DNA of 32,000 nucleotides from Nostoc punctiforme PCC 73102. GTDB taxonomy: Bacteria; Cyanobacteriota; Cyanobacteriia; Cyanobacteriales; Nostocaceae. The stretch covers positions 3,690,001 through 3,722,000 of the forward strand of contig NC_010628.1 of assembly GCF_000020025.1 (NCBI RefSeq), in the 5' to 3' direction. Positions 27,419-32,000 of this stretch are shown piece after piece. A program made the position numbers and the translations under genes. The notes under the pieces are model-generated. The model was given only the letters and a program-made list of their open reading frames with translations. It made no database searches and had not been told where the DNA came from. Position 1 is the stretch's first letter. Each line of letters opens with the position of its first letter.

Positions 27419-27441
27419 TATGAGTCCCAAACGATGACGCA

Positions 27442-27663
27442 TCAACCACGCGGTAGAATGATTACTCCAATCAGTGCAAATGGCCAAGCGCTCTCTTCCG
27501 ATTTATCGCGTTCGGCAACCACAGAGGGCGGCAGGACAAATTCTCGCCCCTGGTCATCAGTGACCATTTCCCCCGGATCTGCCAATATTGCTTCAAGTGC
27601 GACAATCTTTTTAATTAAGCGTCCCCCATCGTCTTTTTCCACAAGTTCAGGGGTTACGCTCAT
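27442..27663 (-). CDS. Hypothetical small protein (73 aa)
   Basis: Supported only by an ORF with plausible composition (MSVTPELVEKDDGGRLIKKIVALEAILADPGEMVTDDQGREF...). It is divergent from the 27756 gene. No family recognised. Confidence 0.3.
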   Translation of the reverse strand: MSVTPELVEKDDGGRLIKKIVALEAILADPGEMVTDDQGREFVLPPSVVAERDKSEESAWPFALIGVIILPRG

Positions 27664-27755
27664 CCCATAAGTATCCTGTATGAATTCTTGATTAAATCGA
27701 AAAAACCGTCCAGTCTTAGTACAATTTGATTAGACATAGGTAAGCGTGATCTTCC

Positions 27756-28151
27756 ATGACTCCAGCAACCGATATTCGTAGAAGAGCGATCGAACTGATT
27801 GAGCAGTTGTCAGAAGAGCGGTTAACTGCGGTAGTTCAATTATTAGAGTTTCTGTCTGAACCCTCTAAGTTTGCTGCATCCAATCCGATTGAGTTAGCCC
27901 TGGTTGAAGTCATCCAACGTCGTCTGCCTCCTAATGAGCAGAAACGACTAGAAGAGTTACGCAAACGCGGTGAGTGGGGAGAACTTACCGACATGGAACA
28001 TGAAGAATTGATCCAGTATGAGGATCAGCTAGAACAGTGGAGGGTAGAACGTCTGGAAGCTCTTATGGAATTAGCAAGGCTAAGGAATATGGATGTGCTG
28101 ACCTTGAATCGTCAATTGGTGTCGGAATCGAAGTTATTCCATGCCGTTTGA
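27756..28151 (+). CDS. Small helical acidic protein, antitoxin-like partner of the downstream HNH nuclease
   Basis: 131 aa. The N-terminal AIELIEQLSEERLTAVVQLLEFLSEP resembles DUF2281-type antitoxin N-termini. The remainder is charged and coiled-coil-like. The stop overlaps the HNH start by 11 nt. Confidence 0.5.
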   Translation: MTPATDIRRRAIELIEQLSEERLTAVVQLLEFLSEPSKFAASNPIELALVEVIQRRLPPNEQKRLEELRKRGEWGELTDMEHEELIQYEDQLEQWRVERLEALMELARLRNMDVLTLNRQLVSESKLFHAV

Positions 28152-28576
28152 ATCTGAGAGAGTATCTGCTGCAATGCGACGGACAGTAGCCAGTAGAGCC
28201 AGAAATCTTTGTGAATATTGCCGATGTCCAGAAGAATTTTCTCCTGACAGCTTCACTATAGAACACATCAAACCGCGTCAGGCAGGTGGAGAAACGATTG
28301 TAGAAAATTTAGCTTGGTCGTGTTCTGGCTGCAATGGTCGAAAGCATACCAAAACCAGCCATTGCGATCCAGAAACAAAACTTGAGGTGGGACTGTTTCA
28401 TCCTCGTCAGCAGCTTTGGTCAGAGCATTTCAGCTGGAACGATGATTTTACACAAGTTATTGCTAAAACTTCCTGTCTGTGGTCGAGCAACAGTGTCAGC
28501 TCTGCAATTAAATCGGGTTGGAGTCGTTAACTTGCGTCGCCTTTTGACCTCGGCGGGACTGCATCCACCGCCATAA
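28141..28576 (+). pseudogene. HNH endonuclease, C-terminal part shifted by a 1-nt insertion (~28469-28472)
   Basis: CEYCRCPEEFSPDSFTIEHIKPRQAGGETIVENLAWSCSGCNGRKHTKT is a complete HNH/Zn motif. After ...FTQVIAKT the conserved tail PVCGRATVSALQLNRVGVVNLRRLLTSAGLHPPP continues in the +1 frame (ORF 28334-28576). Confidence 0.75.
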
Positions 28577-28671
28577 AAATGTTGGTAGTGGTAAATATCT
28601 AGCGATCGCCAATTCTCATTTTGAGGTTTCATGACAGAATGGCACGCTTGAAAAGCCGAAACACTTGCGGT

Positions 28672-29572
28672 TTAAGCAGTTTGCAATTGTTTGCGTAATT
28701 CATGCCGGGGTTTGCTCATTAAGGGGTAAGCTTTCGGGCGACGTTTACGGACTCGTGGTTCATTTCTCGCAGGACGGTCGGGAACAGCCTTGTGAGCGAT
28801 AACTTTAAGTTGCATTGCAATAAATTTGAAGACGTTTTGTTGAAGTTGCGGCTAACAATTCGGGAATAAAGTTATTTAAATGATGGCAAGTAGCTTGCAG
28901 TGATAGGCGCAATGGAGGAGTACGGTAAGTAGTACCTGACGACCACATCAAACCACGAAGTAGATTGTAAGCAAGCAAATAAACATAAATTTCTTTGCGT
29001 ACCATTGAAGGAGTTTTACAGCGTAAAACATCCATTCCCAGAGTAGTTTTTAGATGTCTCAAATCTATTTCAACATCCCAACGTTTACCGTAAAGCCCAA
29101 CAATATCCAGAGTTGAATAAGTTGTTATATCTAAGAGAGTAGTAATTAAACTAACTTGTTCAGTACGAAAGCCAGGAACAACAATGTAATAATAAATTTC
29201 TCGTAGATTTATGGTTAAAGGTAGAGCATAAAATTCATCTTTACTCAATCCCTTTGGACATTTTTCAGGCTTATACCAAGTTACCAGCTTGTCACAACTT
29301 CCAACAATTTTACCTTTACGCATGGACGTTTTTCGAGCTTGACAATAAGAACTTGTATCTGTTGATGGAAGTTCTACTTCTTGTCCAGCCAAATAAGAAA
29401 TGACTTTACTTACTGTATTGTGACAACTTTTATCAGTATCCAAAACCTGAGACAAAAACGCCCAAATCGTTACTATTGGGTCAAACAATTGTCGATAATA
29501 TCTAATTTTTAGTTCCTTCATGGCTTGCTCAATTACACTTGTTGGTAATAGCTCTTTAAAAGGTAATCCCAA
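28672..29572 (-). pseudogene. IS4-family transposase with an internal deletion of the catalytic core and a frameshift near 28820
   Basis: The N-terminal ~80 aa (...SSYCQARK) joins directly to the C-terminal third (YGKRWDVEIDLRHLKTTLGMDVLRCKTPSMVRKEIYVYLLAYNLLR). The tail IAMQLKVIAHKAVPDRPARNEPRVRKRRPKAYPLMSKPRHELRKQLQTA* lies in another frame, ending at 28672. Confidence 0.7.
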
Positions 29573-29868
29573 GCTTTGACCAAATTTATCAAGAGAGAAT
29601 TTGTACTCGTAGTGTCACAGTAGATTTATGTTGTTGGCTTATTCGTATCAATGAAAGTATTTCATGAACGAGTAAGCTTTTCCTATCTCTAAAAAATTTT
29701 TGAACAACTTGTACATCTTTGCACTGCTTCTGTCAGGCACAGCGATCGCAGTACTGCATCAAAGATAATTGCCTGCCCCATACCAAGACCTTCACCCTTC
29801 AATAGCTGTAGCGCCTATCCCACATAGCTTAGAGCTTTTCTTACTGCCATTCGGCTATAACCCTTGAA

Positions 29869-30324
29869 ATGTCGTTAATTTTTGGTCAGGGTATGATTCA
29901 CAATTTGGTCATCCAGGGGGTAAAAGCACAGGAAGATTTGTTGTGGTGTCGTTCTAGAATAATCGCTCAACAATCTCTTTCCAAAAGATTTTTAGTTTTC
30001 CCTTCTGAATTATTTGAGCGTGTCTTTAAAGATTTACTACCTCAGTTACAACTTAATTGGCAGAAACGACTTAGGCGACCACTGCCAGATAGTGTTAAGT
30101 TTGCATTGCATAATTTTGACCGAATTTGGATAGCTGATGGGTCAACGTTAGAAGCTTTATTCCGCAAGCTAAAAAGCCTGGAAAACTTGAAGGTAGGGCA
30201 ATTAGCAGGTAAGATTTGCACAGTTATTGATTTGGTTAATCGTTTACCTGTCGAGGTTTAGTTTCACACTAACCCTGCTGCATCAGAGACTAATTTTGAG
30301 GCTCAATTGCTAAATCTACTGCCC
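29869..30324 (+). pseudogene. IS4-family transposase N-terminal fragment with an in-frame TAG (30259-30261)
   Basis: FDRIWIADGSTLEALFRKLKSLENLKVGQLAGKICTVIDLVNRLPVEV*FHTNPAASETNFE.QLLNLLP. The TAG sits where such transposases have Trp (TGG). Similarity ends at ~30325, so most of the DDE domain, including the second Asp and the Glu, is missing. Confidence 0.6.
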
Positions 30325-30489
30325 TCTGCCTTCCCCCAAGCGAGATCACCAAAAGTTGCCAAGAACCACATTATGATTCAAAGCATAGGTTTCTTCCCTT
30401 TTAACATGAGTTCCTTTTACCCAAACCAATTAGCTCATTGCCAACATTTTCCATTAGCGATTAACCGAGAAATATTGGAAATTGTCCCA

Positions 30490-31824
30490 TCAATCAGCAA
30501 CACTAAAATTTTCTTTGGTAGCGGTTTTGTCTAAAATTCGCAATGGGGTATAGAAAAAGCTAAACAATGTTACTAAAAACTGGAGTATTCCTAGCAATAT
30601 GAATAATAATCCAATACCTCGCCCTGCTCCAGTACCAATAATCCTACCAATGCTACTAGCTAATGGGCCACTGTTAGATAAAAGTGGTTCAAATACATAA
30701 TCAGCTAGCGGTCCTGCTAGGAGATAAGCAAGTGGTAATGATGAGCCAGCAATTATTCCCTGGAGAGCAAAGACTCGTCCTTGCACATTAGTTGGTACTG
30801 TACTTAACATCAAGACTTCACTACAGCTAGCAATAAATGGAAAGCAGAACAACCCACCAAAGACTGCTACTGCAATAAGTTGTGGTGAGGGGTACAATCC
30901 TGCAAATACTATACAAACTCCTAGTAGAAGTCCGAAGCCCAAGATGCCGTAAACTCGACGTTTTGGGCCTCCCCAAACACTCATCACAAGACTACCAACC
31001 AACGTACCAATACCAGCAATGCTTAGTATAGTTCCAACTGTTGCGGAGGAAACAAAAGCTAGAAGCATAGGTATGATAAGTATACTGACTATTCCTACCA
31101 GAAAATTACTAATAGCGAAATATATTAGAAGTCCTAAAAGACCAGGACGTGTAACGATATAATTCCAACCATACATCACATCCCTTTTTAGAGAACCTAG
31201 CCCTTGTTTACCTTCATTACTATTTTTACTAGTAGTTTTGCGTTTGGGAAACCTAACAATCAAGAGGGCTGCTAAGGAGCAGAGGTAAGTTGCAAAGTCA
31301 ATCAGAAGTACACCCTGAAGTTGGAATTTGAAAACCAGTATTCCTGCCAGTGCTGGAAGAAAAAGTTCTGACGCAGATTCGCCAATTTGTACTAATCCAC
31401 TGGCATTACCGAGGTTCTTTTTGGGAACAAGTAAAGCAGTAGTTGTAGCACCAGCTAGCTTCTGGAAGACGTTGCAAACTGAGATGATAGAAATGGAAAT
31501 ATAAATATGCCAAATCTGAATTGTACCAGTGAAAAGTACTAGTGTAATAAATAGCGTAGCCAATGCTGATCCAGCGTCACTAAGTATCATTGTCCAACGA
31601 CGATCCCAGCGATCTACTAATGCACCAGCAATTGGTGATATTAACAAACCAGGCAACGTAGTAAATAAAGCAGTAAGTGTAAATTGGGTAACTGACTTTG
31701 TTTGCTCATAGACCCAAAAATCAAGGGCAAAGCTAGTAAGCCCTGAACCAATAAGAGATATGAATTGTCCGAACCAGACAATGATAAAAACCTGTAATTT
31801 CCGGTTTATAGCATATCTCTTCAT
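30490..31824 (-). CDS. MFS transporter (EntS/macrolide-efflux-like MFS_3 type)
   Basis: About 12 predicted hydrophobic helices. The motif GALVDRWDRRWTMI lies after TM2. The ATG at 31824 is preceded by AGGAGGAAAGG, so the ORF-track start at 31878 is rejected. Confidence 0.8.
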   Translation of the reverse strand: MKRYAINRKLQVFIIVWFGQFISLIGSGLTSFALDFWVYEQTKSVTQFTLTALFTTLPGLLISPIAGALVDRWDRRWTMILSDAGSALATLFITLVLFTGTIQIWHIYISISIISVCNVFQKLAGATTTALLVPKKNLGNASGLVQIGESASELFLPALAGILVFKFQLQGVLLIDFATYLCSLAALLIVRFPKRKTTSKNSNEGKQGLGSLKRDVMYGWNYIVTRPGLLGLLIYFAISNFLVGIVSILIIPMLLAFVSSATVGTILSIAGIGTLVGSLVMSVWGGPKRRVYGILGFGLLLGVCIVFAGLYPSPQLIAVAVFGGLFCFPFIASCSEVLMLSTVPTNVQGRVFALQGIIAGSSLPLAYLLAGPLADYVFEPLLSNSGPLASSIGRIIGTGAGRGIGLLFILLGILQFLVTLFSFFYTPLRILDKTATKENFSVAD

Positions 31825-32000
31825 CCTTTCCTCCTGTTTTAAATAAATAGAGAGCAAATCTGAAAATGGAATCCCCAAAAAGCATTCCTCAAATTATGAT
31901 AAAACTCACATAAAAATTCCTAAAAAGCTTATTCTGTAGAACTTTTAATGAAGCCAATAATTGTAGAAAGTGTTTAATTTATGTAGGGTTGTGGTTTTTC

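Noticed and set aside
28577-29700. Terminal inverted repeats for the internally deleted IS4 element
   Set aside because: I compared 28577-28672 with the reverse complement of 29573-29700 and found only 7-8-nt chance-level matches (TTCATGA, TTCTGTCA). The element boundaries cannot be supported from this window.
30307-30534. 75-aa plus-strand ORF between the IS4 fragment and the MFS gene
   Set aside because: It starts with TTG inside the tail of the IS4 fragment and overlaps the 3' end of the convergent MFS gene. No recognisable features.

Overview
The window looks like cyanobacterial chromosome, probably from a heterocystous, Nostocales-like organism. Support: about 40% GC, frequent HIP1 palindromes (GCGATCGC), STRR-type heptamer repeats, AGACGCGATTAATCGCGTCT-type dispersed palindromes, and an nblA gene.

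Layout:
(1) 1-8606: an intact, co-oriented (+) chaperone and stress cluster. It holds a ChaB-fused general-stress membrane protein, a tandem YfdX-like array (one remnant plus two full copies), cbpA-like and cbpM-like genes, clpB, an HdeD-like gene and a second general-stress membrane protein.
(2) 8610-17850: an IS-riddled, decaying accessory region. It contains IS1182/IS5, IS110 and IS4 fragments, a bounded IS701-like element and a bounded ISKra4-like element. It also carries a ~1.2 kb high-GC fragment of an aldehyde-oxidoreductase (pao/xdh-type) operon, a truncated PAS histidine kinase and a truncated tandem cNMP-binding protein.
(3) 18628-26451: a two-partner-secretion-type (TpsA-like) exoprotein broken at a G7 tract, nblA, and an intact 1360-aa RTX-type Ca-binding repeat protein with nested internal duplications.
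(4) 26577-30325: a plasmid-type gene remnant, a small-protein/HNH-nuclease overlapping pair and IS4 debris.
(5) 30490-31824: an MFS transporter.

The most interesting item is in region (2): an intact Nif11-leader RiPP precursor whose 14-aa core (RASIAMYGLPTELY) carries an X-Y-G motif. It sits directly upstream of a radical SAM maturase that is frameshifted and cut off by the IS701-like element. This is a candidate splicease-type or otherwise novel rSAM RiPP locus, apparently caught mid-decay.

All family assignments come from reading motifs by eye. No database search was run.
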